Below, in pieces: positions 1 to 14,114 of a stretch of 64,000 nt of DNA. The notes under the pieces are model-generated. The model did no database searches. It was not told the DNA's origin and saw only the letters and a list, made by a program, of their open reading frames with translations. Where the stretch lies: positions 86,244,001 to 86,308,000 of the forward strand of contig NC_058368.1 of the NCBI RefSeq assembly GCF_018350175.1, in the 5' to 3' direction. Origin of the DNA: Felis catus. Taxonomy: Eukaryota. Each line of letters opens with the position of its first letter. Position 1 is the stretch's first letter. A program made the position numbers and the translations under genes.

Positions 1-179
1 GACTGAAATGACACAAAGACTGGGGCTTTTCTACACTTTGAAAGTCACTATATTTGGCAACCAATAATAATACCTTTTGTGAGACACTAGATTCTGTATT
101 GGTGGATGGGGTAAAGGGCCTGGCCTTTGTTAGGAAGGGGCAGCTCTTTTATATCATATTAAGCATCATATACCTAGGG

Positions 180-570
180 TAGAGGTACATAGCACTATGG
201 TCACCAACGTAGAATTTCTATCAGCCTCCTTGTTTCAGAATTGCTTATGGAAGCTTCAGTACATAGGCATTATTTCCCTAATTATTGGACTGTTTTAATT
301 ATTGGTCATTGATGACTGAAAATCTTCAGCCCTCCTTCTCTCCTCAGAGACTATGGGATGGGGAACACAGCTCTCCTGTAGCTGTCTAATTCCATGGTTC
401 ATTCCTGGAGATTAGCCCTCATCCTGAAGTTATCCATGGCCTCATCTTAAGTTACCTCAATAAATGAACTGAGATGTGACAAAAAGGGATCATTACAAAT
501 ATCAAAAAGACACTACTATTCAGTAAATTCCAAAGCTTTTAGGAACTTTTTATGGGTAATAGAGGATACA
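180..570 (+). mobile_element. MER21-like LTR remnant
   Basis: Motifs recalled from MER21-family LTRs (ggaagcttcagtacataggcat; ccctcatcctgaagttatc; gtaaattccaaagcttttaggaact); similar to 11600-11875. Boundaries approximate. Confidence 0.55.
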
Positions 571-670
571 TATACATATATAGGATACTGTAGGCTTTTT
601 GCAGAAAAGCAAATAAGTTTCAGCCTATTACATTTTTAACCTTAACCTTATAGATAAAAATGACCCAACT

Positions 671-827
671 GGGGCACCTGGGTGGGTCATTTGGTTAAGT
701 GTCCAACTTCGACTCAGGTCATGATCTCACAGCTTGTGAGTTCAAGCCCCATTTGGGGCTCTGTGCTGACAGCTTAGAGACTGGAGCCTGCTTTGGATTC
801 TGTGTCTCGCTCTCCCATTTCCTGGCT

Positions 828-878
<51 letters not shown>

Positions 879-899
879 AAATAAATAAATAAATAAATA
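671..899 (+). mobile_element. Can-SINE (feline type)
   Basis: ggggcacctgggtgg head, (CT)n, (TAAA)n tail; flanking aaatgaccca(a/g)ct direct repeat (TSD). Confidence 0.95.
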
Positions 900-1696
900 A
901 TGACCCAGCTGGCTTTTGTTAATATTTGCAATGTATTTTTCCAAGCAACTTTTAACAATCAATGCTTGAGTTAGTGGGAGAGAGGGAGGACCATCCTGTA
1001 AGGAAAGAATAAGGCAGAGACCTTATCATTCCCTCACTCTGTCCACCAATTCTTAGTAAGTAACGATTCTTAACAAAATTAAGAAAGAAAAAAAAACATG
1101 AATCAGAAATACAATATGGAAAAAAAGTTTAATATCAGTTTTATTTGTGCTATGAGATGTTTCCTTCACCATATGATCAATAACTATGCTTTATGTTTCT
1201 TTCTTCTTTATTCAACACTTTATTACAGAAAAGGATAAGCTAGTCAACTTGTTCCCTACTTTCACATGTGATACACTGGGAAATGAAAACAGGTGAGCCA
1301 TATTCTATTGAACTATAATTTTAGCAGCATTTCTGGAGAGGTTTGAATGTCTGTGAACCAGACCACAAGACTGTGGCCCTTAAGTGTCAGAACAGAGAGG
1401 TCTAAACCTCCAGCACTGAGAAAATACACTGGGTTACACACTTTGTGCTTGGGCATCAGGGCCCTTCAGCTCTCTTTCCTGCTTCCTTAGACAGTTGCAA
1501 GTGAGAGGGAATGAGATACAGCATTTCTGAACTTTACACTGGAGCCTAGCTCAGTAGTCATTTTATTCCACAGACTGTTCCCAAGGCTTCATCTCTTTTG
1601 TCATTTCCTAGACCAGAAAACCTGAGGATGGTTCTCATTTTATCTGTCACTCTATCTCTGCCTTTCTGAATATTTTTCCTTTTATATTTTTCTTTT

Positions 1697-1865
1697 TTAA
1701 AAGATTATTAATCTATTTTTAATTAAGGGAGTGGCCAAGAGAGAGGGAGACAGAAAATCAGTGGTGACAACATAGAGCCTGATGCAGGGCTGGATCTCAT
1801 GAACCTTGAGATCATTACCTGAGCCAAAATCAAGAGTTGGATGCTTAACCAACTGAGCCAACCAC
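1697..1865 (-). mobile_element. Can-SINE, degraded
   Basis: Reverse-complement SINE body: gagatcattacctgagccaaaatcaagagttggatgcttaaccaactgagcca. Confidence 0.85.
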
Positions 1866-2724
1866 GAGAGTCTATATTCATTTTTATTTGTGTTTATGTA
1901 ATGCCCATAAATATCTGGAACTCATCCATATTCTTTTAAATTACTTGACACCTATTTCTCAAAATTATGTAATGATAAATTAATTCATTTATGCAAAAAT
2001 TTTTAAATTGTAAACAATATTAATATGCTATAAATTACTCTGAGATATAAATGACATATATCATTATATTAGTTTCACATGTAAAACTTAATATTTTGAT
2101 TTTGTATATTTTTAAAATACCCATAATAATAAATTTAGTTAATATCCATCACCACATGTAATTATATTTTCTTCTTGTGATGAGACCATTTAAGATGTAC
2201 ACTCATAGCAACATTCAAACATATAATACAGTATTATCAAATATATAAACAGTATTATTAACTATAATTACCTAAAAACACTATAATGTTGTAACTTGAT
2301 GTTTGTGCCTTTTGATCACCTTCACCCATTTCAGCCATTCCTACCAACCCCACCTGTAGCAACCACCATTTGTTCTAATTATGAGTTAAGATTATTTTTT
2401 CTTTGTTTTAGATTTCATATATAAGTGAGATTATATGCTATGTATCTCTGACTTATTTCAGTTAACATAATGCCCTTGAGGTACATTCATGTTTTCACAA
2501 TACCAAGATTTATTTTATGACTGAAAGTATTCCACTATGTGTATACACTTTATCCATTTTTTCCATCAGCAGACACATGGGTTACTTATATGTTTTGGAT
2601 GTTTTTTAAAATGTTGAAATGAACATTGGAGCATGGAGAGTGCATATATCATTTTTAGGTAGTGTTTTAATTTCCTTTGGAGAAATATGCATAAGTAGAA
2701 TTGCTGGATCATAGGGTAGTTCCT

Positions 2725-2726
2725 TT

Positions 2727-2770
<44 letters not shown>

Positions 2771-3120
2771 TTTTTTTTTTTTTTTTGGAAACTATATTGT
2801 TTTCCATAATGGCTTCACCAACTTACATTCCTACAAATAGTATGCAAGGGTGTCCTTTTCTTCACATCTTCATCAACACTTGTTATTTCTTCTTCGTTTT
2901 CTCCTTCCTCTTCTCCTTTCATGTTCTCCCTCTCTTTTTTCTTCTCCTCCTCCTCCACCTCCTCTTCTCCTCCTCCTCTCTTCTTCTTCTTTTTCTTCTC
3001 CTTATCCTTCTTTTCTTCTTCTTCTTCTTCTTCCTCTTCCTCTTCTTCCTCCTCTTCTTCTTCATCATCCTCTTCTTCTTCATCATCCTCTTCTTCTTCA
3101 TCCTCTTCTTCTTCTGCCTC
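2725..3120. repeat. (TTTC)n and TTC/CTC-rich polypyrimidine low-complexity tracts
   Basis: Seen directly: (TTTC)n at 2725-2786 and a ~230 bp C/T-rich tract at 2888-3120. Confidence 0.95.
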
Positions 3121-5361
3121 TTTTGTTAATAACAATTTTAACAGGTGTGAAATAATGTCTCCCTGTGATTTTTCTCTGTATTTCTCTGCTGATTATGAAT
3201 GTTGAGCATACTTTAATGTATGTTCTGACCATCTATCTCTTCTTTGGAAAAATGTTTATTTATCTTCTCACGTTTTAATTGGACTTTTATTTTATTTATT
3301 TATTTTTGCCACTGTGTTGTATGTGCTTTTCATATATATTTTGGATATTAGCCCCTTAACAGATATATGATTTGCAAATATAATATTCCATTTGGTACAT
3401 TTCATTTTCAATTTTTGTTCATGGTTTCCTTTGCCCTGCAGAAGCTTTTTAGTTCAGTACAGTTCCACTTATTTGCTATTGATTCTTTGTCTCTGTTTTG
3501 GTGTCAAATAAAAAATATGCCAAGATAAATGTCAAGGATCTTAAGACTTATGTTTGCTCCTGGTTTTATGGTTTCAGCTTTTACATTAAAAATTTTAAGC
3601 CTTTTTTTTTATAGTTATTTTTTGGGTATCATGTAAGATAGTGATCAACATTTATTCTTTTGTAAGTGGTTGTTCAGTTTTTCCAGCACCATTTATTGAA
3701 GATGTTGTCCTCCCCACATTGTATATTCTTGGCTTGTATGATATAAATTTATTGACCATCTATGGATAAACTTATTTTGGGGCTCTCTCTTCAATTCCGT
3801 TGACTCTGTATCTGTTTACATGCCAATATTGTACTTTTAATATCAATAGAGCTCAGTAATATAATATGAAATCAGGGAGCATAATACCTAAGCTTTGCTC
3901 TTTTTTCTCAAAGTGATATTGGCTATTCAGGGTCTTCTTTGGTTCCACAAAATTTCAGGACTATTTCTTCTAAGTCTGTGAATAATACCACTGAAATTTT
4001 GATAGAGCAATTGACTCTGTAGATGGCTTTTGAAATTATGGATATTTTAACAATATTGATTATTCTAATCCATGAGCATAGTATCCTTCATTTTTCTCTT
4101 AAATTTCATTTTCATTTTGTAATAGTTGAGTACAGGCCTTTTACCTCCTTATTTAAATTTATCCCTACGTATTTTACTCTTTTTTTATGCAATTGTAAAT
4201 GGAATTGTTTTCTTTCTGAGGGATTGTTATCAGTATATAAAAACACACCAGGTTTTTGCAGAAGGTGTATCTTGAAATTTTCCTGAGTTTATACATTAGT
4301 TCTAACAGGTGTTAGTCGCATCTTAGAGGTTTTTTATATATAATGTCATCTGCAAATAGTGACAGTTTTACATTATCTTTTCTGATTTAGATGCCTTTAT
4401 TTATTTATTTTCCTTTCTCAATTCCTAACTAGAATGGCTAATGAAATGTGAATAAAAGTGGCATGAGTGGGCAATATTGTCTTGTTCCTGTCTTAGAGAA
4501 AATGTTTTTGGCTATTACCCTTAAGTATAATATTGTTAGCTGTAGGGTTATCATATATGGAATATGGACTTTATTATGTTGAGTTACATTACCTCCATAC
4601 CCACTTTGTGACTTTCTATCATGAGTGAATATTTAATTTTTTCATTTTTTTTCCATCTAATAAGCTTATCAACTTATTTTTTATCATTAGTTTAGTTAAT
4701 GTGGTGGATTACATTGTTTGAAGTCTTGATGTTGGCCCATTATTTGATCCCTGAAATAATCCCAACATGATCATCATGCATAATCATTTTATATAGTGTT
4801 CAATTTATTTTAATAATTTTTGAGGATTTTTGCCTCTAGATTTATCACAGATTTTGGCTTCCAATTTTATTTTATGTCTTGTTTTGGCATCCTTGTATAG
4901 TTTCAGGATAAGGGTAATGCTGCTCTCATAAAATGAGTGTAGAAGTACTCTCATCATTTCTGTTTTTGGAGGAGTTTGAGAAGTATTGTTATTAATTCTT
5001 CTTTAATTTTTGGAAGAATTCACCAAGGAAGCCATCTGTCCTACACTTTTGTTTGCTGTGCTTTTATTACAGATTTAACCTCCTTACTGGTAATCTGTGG
5101 GTAAGATTTTTTTTTTATTTATTTATGATTTGGTCTCTGTAGGCTGTATGTTTCTAAAATTTAATCAGTTTCTTCTATATGGTCCAACTTGTTAACACAT
5201 AATTGTTCATATTAGCTCTTATTGTCCTTTATATCTCTTTGATATCAGATATAACATCTACCTCTTATTTCTAATTTTATTCATTTGAATCCTCTTTTTT
5301 TCTTAGGGAGGCTAGCTAAAGATTTCTCAACTTTGATTGTCTTTTCAAAGAACCACATCTT

Positions 5362-5571
5362 GGGGCGCCTGGGTGACTCAGTCTGTTAGACATCTGACTT
5401 CAGCCCAGGTCACAGTCTCACGCTCCGTGAGTTCAAGCCCGGCGTAGGGTTCTGGGCTGATGGCTCAGAGCCTGGAGCCTGCTTCTGATTCTGTGTCTCC
5501 CTCTCTCTCTACCCCTCCCCTGTTCATGCTCTGTCTCTCTCTGTCTCAAAAATAAATAAATGTTAAAAAAA
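5362..5571 (+). mobile_element. Can-SINE inserted in L1
   Basis: Full SINE body; aaagaaccac TSD on both sides. Confidence 0.95.
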
Positions 5572-7492
5572 AGAACCACCTTAATTTTATTCATCTTTTC
5601 TATTGTCTTTTTAGTCTGCATTTTATTTCTACTTTGATCTTTGTTATTTTCTTCTTACTACACATTTTGATTTTCTTTTGTTTTTGTTTTTTGTTTTTTG
5701 TTTTTTGTTTTTGTTTTTAGTTCCTTGAGTGTGAACTTAGGATCTTTGAGGTTATCCCAGTTTGTTGTTGTTGTTGTTGTTGTTGTTGTTTCTATAAGGC
5801 ACTTATTGCTATGAAATTCCCTCTTAGTATTTCTCTTGTTACAGCCCCTATGTTTTGGTATACTGTATTTCCATTGCCTCACAGTATTTTTTCTTATTTC
5901 CATTTAGATTTTTTTTTGAACAATTAGTTTTTCAGTAACATGTTTAATCTCCACATATTTGTAAATGTTTGGGTTTTCTTCTTGTAATTGATTTCTATTT
6001 TCATACCTTTGTTGTTTGAAAGATGCTTGATATGATTCAGAGCTTCTCAAATTCACTAAGACTTATGACATATGATATATTTTGGAGAATTTCCTAAGTG
6101 GACTTGAGTAGATTCTGTATTCTGTTGTTTTTGCAGGGAATGTTCTGTGTATGTGTTAAGTCCATTTTTTCTAAAGTGTCATAGAAGGATATTGGTTCTT
6201 TACTGATTTTTTGTCTGGATGACTTATTCATTGATGAATTTGGGGTATTAATTCCCTTACTATTATTGTATTGCTGTATATTTGTCTCTTTAGGTTTGTT
6301 AAGGTTTCCTAATATTGTCTTTATATATTTGGTAGTCCTATATTGGGTGCATAAATATTTATATGTGTCATATTGTTTTGTTACACTGACCCTTTTATCA
6401 TGATCCCTTTTTTGGCTCTCATTACAGTATTTTCTAAAGGTTTGTTTTTTTCATATGAATATAACACCTTGCCACAATATTCTTTTGATTTCCATTTTAA
6501 AGGGTCCTTGTAAACCATTTGGAAACTGTTTCTCAGTTTGCTGTAGGCTATGAGTCTTATGGATGCAAGACCCATTGGCTTCCAAATCTAGAAGTTTTGA
6601 AGGCTTTTCATCCAGGTGTATGTTTTAATAGGTGGATTGCCAGATGTGGGGTTCAAATCCTTTGCTCATAAGGCAGAAGTTCAGCATTTTGAGTTCCCTT
6701 CCAATTACGGGTTGCTATGCTAAGTGTGGGTTTTATGCTGAGATCATGTCTCAGCCTCCCTATTTACTTCAATGTGGGTATTTACCTTATTCACTTAAGG
6801 TGTAGGAGTTGCTCAGTTATGTATTCCCAGAAAATATTCTTCCATAATAGCTGTAGACTGATGTATCCTTAAAGCGTGATTTTAGATCTTCCTACAACAC
6901 TATCTTAAACTAGGACCAATTGAACTAGTATTTTTTTGACATTAATACTGTTTAGCTTAACATGACACTTCTAAAACTGAACCAGGAAAATAAAAAAAAA
7001 ATATTCTGTGGCCCAATTTAAGATGCTCTCTGATCACTGCTGCCAGGAGATGATTAAGAAACCTGGAATTCCAAGGCTATACTGTACCCAGCCACCTACA
7101 GGACCTTTTCCATGTGCTTAAATTATTTTGGCTTTAAAAACTTTATGTTTAAAATAACTGTGTTTAACCTGTTCAAATCCAATGTCCCTTCCAATATTAA
7201 AATTCTGGATGTGTATTAGTATTAATTCAATTGAGGATTCATACAATTGTCAGCTGATGGTTTAATTGAAATAAACACAAAATATGCCATTTATATAAAA
7301 AAATCAGTGTGGAAAAGAGTTGATAAACATTTATTTTAAAGAAAAGCATTTTTTGAACAGTAAGATAAATATACATACTTTGTCAACAAATAAAGGAAAT
7401 AATTTTATTTCTAAAACTGTAACTCAGTCCTGTATTCTAGAATATATTATCTACAAAAGCATGAAAAATATTTTGATTAAACATTTGTAAAT

Positions 7493-7692
7493 TGGGGCAC
7501 CTGGGTGGCTCAGTCAGTTAGTCTGACTTCAGCTCAGGTCATGATCTCATAGGTTGAGAGTTCAAGCCCCGCATCCAGCTCTGTGCTGACAGCTTAGAGC
7601 CTGGAGCCTCCTTCCAATTCTGTGTGTGTGTCTCTCTCTCTGCCCCTCCCCTGCTCACACTCTGTGTGTCTCTCTCTCAAAACATAAACATT
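7493..7692 (+). mobile_element. Can-SINE
   Basis: ggggcacctgggtggctcagtc head; atttgtaaa flanking repeat. Confidence 0.95.
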
Positions 7693-8187
7693 AATTTTTT
7701 TTTAATTTGTAAATTGGAAAAAAGTATTTGTAACAAAATAGAAAATAAACTGACCTATGAAATCTAAGTTCTTTTAATACATAGTTCAATTAAAAAGTTA
7801 TCAAAAACCATAAACATAATTTTCCACAAAAATAAACAGCCAACTAGTGTCAGAAAATACATGAAAAAAATCCATCCTCATTAGTAAAAATGATCAATTC
7901 AAAGTGGATACCTCTTTTTGTCATTGGACATAGGCAAATGTTCTAGTGTTAAAAGGAAACAAGCATCTAGAAAGCTAAATCTGTCCAGATACAATGCCCT
8001 ATACTTTTTAAATATTTTTTTTCTGAAAAATATTCAGAAAGACAGATAAAATGAAGTTTTAAAGTTATCAAAATATAAAATTAAAATTAAAAAATAAAGA
8101 ATGAAAAAATATCAATAGATTCTCTACAGTAATAGATATCTGAGTCTTGTGAATTAATTTGATGGTGTTGCAAAAACTGAATTACCA

Positions 8188-8400
8188 GGGTGCCAGAGTG
8201 TCTCAGTCAACTGGGCATCCAAATGCAGCTCAGGTCATGATCTCAGCGTGTGGGTTCAAGCCCTGTGTTGGTCTCTGTGCTGAAACCTAGGAGTCTGGAA
8301 CCTGATTCTGATTCTGTGTTTTTTTTTTTTTTTTCTCTTTCTTCCCTTCCCCTGCTCGTGCTCTCTCTCTCTCTCTGTCAAAAATAAACATTTTAAAAAA
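8188..8400 (+). mobile_element. Can-SINE
   Basis: Diverged SINE body; ctgaattacca TSD. Confidence 0.9.
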
Positions 8401-8599
8401 ACCTGAATTACCAATTATAAGTTCTAAGTCCGCTGGGTATTTATGACCATTTTATAATATAGTTCTTCAAAAAATTATAATTCTCACTTACTATGTCTAC
8501 AGTTACGGTTTACCTCATCTACTAGTGGTCTCACATTCCATAATCATATCTGACATCCGAACAGAATGAAAACATTTTATTTTTTTAAGTTCCCTTTTT

Positions 8600-8667
8600 A
8601 AATTTTTTAATCTTGTTTATATTTATATTGAAAGAGAGTAGGAGAGTGGGAGGGTAGAGAAAGAGAG

Positions 8668-8704
<37 letters not shown>

Positions 8705-8828
8705 CCCAAGCAGGCTCCTCACTGTCAGTAAGGGTGTTACTTGGGACTGGATCTCAGAAACCTTGAGATCATGACCTGAGCTGAAATCAAGAGTAGGGAG
8801 CTCAACAGAGTGAACCACCTAGGCACTC
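8600..8828 (-). mobile_element. Can-SINE
   Basis: (GA)n plus reverse SINE body; ttaagttcccttt TSD. Confidence 0.9.
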
Positions 8829-8879
8829 TTAAGTTCCCTTTATTCTTAAAATCAACATTAAAAAACCTTTAAAAGGTTT

Positions 8880-9119
8880 TTTGTTTTTTGTGTATTTTTG
8901 TGTGTGTTTTTTGTTGTTTTGTTTTGTTTTGTTTTGTTTTGAGAAAGAGACAAAGGGTGAGCAGAACCAGAGCAGAGGGACAGAGAGACAGAATCCAAAG
9001 CGGGCTCCAGGCTCTGAGCTGTCAGCACAGAACAGAGGCGGAACTTGAACTCATGAACTATGAGATCATGAACTGATCCCAAATAATAAGCTCTACCTAC
9101 GAAGCCACCCAGGCGCCCC
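8880..9119 (-). mobile_element. Can-SINE
   Basis: Ends ...gccacccaggcgcccc; taaaatcaa(a)catt flanking repeat. Confidence 0.92.
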
Positions 9120-11139
9120 TAAAATCAAACATTTTAAAAAAGTAAAACAATACCAAAAATATTTCCAAATCAGGAATTTTACATTTCACTTCTGCCTAAA
9201 TTCTGGAACTAATCTCTGTCAAATTTTCTGGCTATTGACACTGATGTTTCTGCATTCTTAAATATGTAATCTCTTGTCTCATTATTAATCAATTTCCAGC
9301 ATGAAAAATAATAACTTAATTATTCCACACTCTGCTTTTCTCACTTCCTTTCTTCATACTCTGTTAATAAAGTCTTACTGAATTCTTAGGTCAGTCGCAC
9401 ATTAAGTTTTTATGTCAACTTGACAATGTAAATGTCTTTAATGCTAATTTAGTAATGCTCTAGCACTGTGAACCCCATCATGTACTACCTTTCATTTTTC
9501 CTGAGATTGATATTAGCCTCCATTTTCTTAACTGCATGTTTTTCACCATTTGTTTTTGTAAATGTCTCATCTTTGTCCCATTTCTAGGTAATACTTCTTC
9601 CATATATTCAAAATAAATAATTTCATTGTACTCATAGAAGTCTTCTTCTACTATCCTTTCATCCCATTAATAAATTTGGAAGTTCTGTGTCTTGGTCTGT
9701 GTTGAATCCCCTAAACTTTGTGTCTTTGTCTTAGTTTGCTATGGCGTTTTATTAAATCACATCCCCATATATCTTCCAAAAATGCATATAGCCATGGTAC
9801 ATATTTAAGCCTTGACTCAAAAAGGCCATTACACTCCATTTAAAGTTTAGCAAACTGAAGGTGAAAATGTTATATTTGAATTTTGAAGAATTACTATATT
9901 ATTGTCATGCAGTGGTATGGGCTATTTGAAGGAAGACTTCAATATATTGACATCTCAAAGCCTTAGAGAGGAACTCTCTCTATGTCTGGGTAAAGAAACC
10001 CAGGACAGATGTTTTGAAATGAATCCACCCTACCTTATTGTTTCACATTGTCCCTCTGTTCCATGATGTCCTAGTAAGTTTCAGACAGGAGGGAACATGT
10101 AATCACAAAGTTAATTTTCAATATATTAGTATTAATTCCATCAAATGCCCACTCCCCAAATCCAGACTTGTCCATATTTTCTGGTTTGTTTTTTCTTTCT
10201 TTTTTTTTTTTAAACGAAATATCATTGCAGAATAAATGAAGAGAATAAAGATGAATTGCTAATGAAAATTATTCGGAGAAATATACTCCTTGACTGTGGA
10301 ATTGAAGTTCTGAACTCAGCAAAGATATCAATTCTAAAATCATCCTTGCTCATTTTCACTGGAAATGCTCTTCATAGCCTTAGATATTACTGTCACTTAA
10401 AGTTGGGCCAAACACATTGATAAGGGTGAGGAAATTCCTACCTTATGAGTATCTCCCAATGCACACTCTTGGTAACATAGCCATATATCAACTATTTTTA
10501 TTTTTTTTTCAGCTAATTGAATTTTATAATGGAATTCTTGTTCTTCCCCATTAGACTATTTATTTGACATCACCCAAGATACCATGAGTATTTCAGGTTT
10601 CAAGATTATTTTGTGTTCTTCAATCATAAAGACAGTTTCAATCAATGTGTCATAGCAAAGTACTAACAGTCTCTCAAATAAAAATTTCCACAATCAATTA
10701 TAGTAAAGATTCTTCAAGATGATACTCATCCACAAAATGAGACAATTCCACACAACAACTACTGTTTGTTTGTTTGTTTTATAGTTTCTGGTGTTTGTCC
10801 TTCCTCTTCACAAAGAATTTCTGTGGTACTCCTTTTTCCCAGCATAATTTTTGCATTTGGGGTCAGGTTTGAGGCTAACAGTAAAAGAACAGACTAACTA
10901 GAATCTAAGTTTGTTCCAGCATCAAGTTCTGATTGCAACAACAAAGGAATTACATATTTTCCTTTTTTCCTTAGTGGTCTTTCACATCCTTATGTGTCTA
11001 GTAAACCATTCCCAGAAGTTGGATCTGTCATTTCTAAATTCCATTGATAATTTTACCTTTAGCAAATGTTCTCAAGAAAGCTGCTTTCCATATCTGACTG
11101 ACTTTCTAGACCAGGAATTAAAGCTTCCATAACTTTTGC

Positions 11140-11875
11140 TTTTTTATCTTTTATCTTTCCAAACCACACGTTTCCAACCAATTCTCCAAGCCAATATGTT
11201 GTCTAATAATTCAATAAAATAGACACTAATTACCCACTTGGTTCAGACTCCACAACTCAATGCTTAATCCCACAAGACCATATCCACTTCAGACACCAGC
11301 CACAAATGAGATTGTGAGCCTATCTACATTCTGTCAGGAAGATTAAAAGTTCAGGGGTTTTATTACTCTCCTCAGTTTTGGTTATTATCTAGAACAACTC
11401 ACAGAACTAAGGAAAGAAATATACATACAATTACAGTTTTTACAAGGATATGACTCAGGAACAGCCAAATAGAAAATATAGGGTATGGTAGGGATACAGA
11501 ACTTCAATGTCTGTCCAGGCAGGCCACCCACCAAAGACCTCAATGTGTGCACTAACCTAAGACTCTTATAGTCTCATAGTTTTAGAATGTTTGTGAAAGT
11601 TTCAGAATGCACACATGACTGGTTATATCATTGATAATTGGAAAACTCTAGCCCACTCACCCCCCAGGGATTGGAGATGGGGTTAAAGTACATAGTTCTA
11701 AATTCTCCAATCACATGGTTGTTCCTCTGGGGACAAACCCCTAACCTGAAGCTATCTAGGGGCCCCACCTTGAGTCACCTCAATACCACAACCTCAGGTA
11801 TTATCAAAGGACTTGTTATAAATATCAAAATACATTTGTATCACTCAGAAAATTCTTACAAATTTAGGATTCTGT
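11140..11875 (+). mobile_element. MER21-like LTR
   Basis: Motifs recalled from MER21 (cccacaagacc...cacttcagacaccagccacaa; ctagaacaactcacagaact; aacctgaagctatctaggggcccc). Confidence 0.65.
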
Positions 11876-12051
11876 TGTATTTCTATAGTACAAATATAAA
11901 GCAGCAGATAGAGAAATCAAGAAGTCAATCCCACTTACAATTGCACAAAAACCCATAAGATACCTAGGAATAAACTAAAAACAGAGGTTAAAAAAAGTGT
12001 ATTCTGAAAATTAAAATACACTGAGGAAAATAATTGAAGATGACATACAAA

Positions 12052-12083
<32 letters not shown>

Positions 12084-12145
12084 AGAGAAAAAGAAAGAAA
12101 GAGAGAGAAAAATACTCATGGAATGAAAGAACAAATAATGTTATT
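11876..12145 (+). mobile_element. L1 ORF2 fragment with (GAAA)n
   Basis: caatcccacttacaattgcacaaaaacccataagatacctaggaataaac is L1 ORF2-like. Confidence 0.75.
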
Positions 12146-12469
12146 GAATTTTTTCCAGGTATATTTCCAAGCGGCTTTTAGTAAATCACCTCCTGGGTTG
12201 TTGAGAAGGTGGGAGTAACTGTGTGTAGGGAAAAAAATAAAGCAGAGATTTAATTGTTGGAACCTAACATTCAAGTGATTGGTGGAAGAAAATATTCATG
12301 TCTTAATTTTCTAAATTACTGATTTAGTAACCAATTATTTTATTGGGTTTAATAAGTGGTTTTGCAATGTTCTTTGAACTTATAGGCTTATTTTTAAATT
12401 GTTAAGTTTTCTATTGTTTAGGAAATAATGAATATATCTTGTGAAAAGTTTGTAGAACACAAAACTCTT

Positions 12470-12658
12470 TTTTTAAATATTTGTTTATTTTGAGAGAGAG
12501 AGATTGAGAGAGGCAGTGGCAAAGTAAGAGGGAGAGAGAATCTCAAGTAGACTCTGTGCTCAGCACAGAGACATGAGGCTTGATCCCAAGAGCCATGAAA
12601 TGACTTGAGCCAAAACCAAGAGTTGGATGCTTAACTGACAAAGCCATCCAGGCACCCC
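12470..12658 (-). mobile_element. Can-SINE
   Basis: Reverse SINE body; agaacacaaaac TSD. Confidence 0.9.
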
Positions 12659-13957
12659 AAGAACACAAAACACTTTTCGTTAAAAAGATGATCATACAGG
12701 ATTATCTACCTTCATTAACACTGCATTTAATGTCTCCATTTCTTTTTCAGAAGTAATCACGTTGAATAATCACACTGATCCTAAGTGAATATTTCTTCCA
12801 TTGATAACTATTGACTATTTTATTTTCTTCCTATGCAATCATTTTTAAATTAACTTACTGTTTAAGCCATAATTTTCCTTGAATAATTTCTTTCAACCTA
12901 CAGGAAAGCCTCATTATCATTTAATATCACAAACCTTAACATAGACTTAATGGAAATTCAGCTATTTGTTTGTGTCTGCCACAGTGGTTAATTATGAGAA
13001 ATAGTAAGATAACCCAATAGGTGTATTTTATCATCTCACGTTCTACCTGGCAGATTACGTTAGTTCCATATCTTCAGCAGCATTTTATTTAGTTGGAATT
13101 GTGAAAAGGGTATCATAAGCAAGAAGAGCAGAATGTCACAGCACAGTTGTTTGTCTTTACTGCCAGACTATCACAAGATGGCTCCTGAATCCTTTATCAA
13201 GAGTGAAAAGAAATCCAACCCATTCAGCCCTTGGGACAGTGCATAGAAAGTGTAATGTTCTTGACCTCCACTTTTTAGTTACAGTAAAGATTCTACTGAG
13301 ATGGTACTAAACTCAATTGTTCTCCATCAATACATTATTCAAGGGATCTTTTGGAGGTCTCATATATTGTCACCTGGGTCAAATCACATACAATTTCATA
13401 ATATCTGAGTCAGAAATTCCAGTTCAAATGACACATTTGACAAGCGCTCAAGGCTTGTCTCCCTATGTTTTGTCATCTCAGGTATAAGTTGGCACTTAAA
13501 TGTACTACTGAACTTCGAGTTTTATTTACCATTTAATTAGTAATCCCCTGACGATCTTAGAAGGTATAATGCCCATGATGTACCTTAAGTTTCATGAAGA
13601 TTCACATGCTAATTATAACCCAGAAATGCCCCATTATTTGGCAAACAGCTTGTGCTACACACCCATCCTACTTATTTCTTAATGGATTTACCTTGCATAG
13701 GTGTTTTTCACTATTTGTTTTTGCTTTCAACTATCAAGCTGTCCAGTCTTCCATTGCTTGGGCAGCACGAACAGGAAGGATTAACTATATAGGATGTTGA
13801 GTAGGGCTTAGATAAAAATGAGAATGAATTACTATGGAATTTATAGATAAAAGAGTGTTGGCTATGGAAATATGACAGTGTCCTTAACGAAATACAAAGA
13901 AATACTTCCTGGCTCAAGAGTGATGAATCGCCTACCATCCTAAAGCTGAGGCAAACC

Positions 13958-14071
13958 ATGGGTGTGGATTTAGCTACCGTGGCAATTTCTGACACATGCA
14001 GCTCATGCTGTTCTTTGTGCTGTATCTCATCTTTTTCATGAAGCTTCCCCCCCCCCCCTTCATCTATCAGG
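13958..14071 (+). pseudogene. Possible degenerate signal-peptide exon of the butyrophilin-like gene
   Basis: Hydrophobic stretch LMLFFVLYLIFFMKLPP followed by cag|gt; resembles BTN leader ends; upstream ATG out of frame; weak donor. Confidence 0.3.
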
Positions 14072-14114
14072 TCCCTCTGTTATTCTTCCAATGTGTGGCA
14101 TCAGAATGTTTTTT

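Larger units (their letters stand above)
2035..6510 (-). mobile_element. Old LINE-1 (3'UTR plus decayed ORF2)
   Basis: L1 3'UTR and ORF2 sequence on the minus strand (gcagaagctttttagtt; tctgcaaatagtgacagtttta); many stops; interrupted by simple repeats and a SINE. Confidence 0.85.

Noticed and set aside
960..1025. Strong minus-strand splice acceptor (tctctgccttattctttccttacag)
   Set aside because: No convincing donor or recognisable coding sequence follows.
2701..3205. Overlapping ORFs encoding poly-E, poly-S, poly-F/L and poly-K/R
   Set aside because: All come from one stop-free triplet low-complexity tract inside an L1; no splice or homology support.
180..11875. Two same-orientation MER21-like LTRs as the ends of one provirus
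   Set aside because: They are strongly diverged from each other, there is no PBS/PPT or retroviral interior between them, and no shared TSD is visible.
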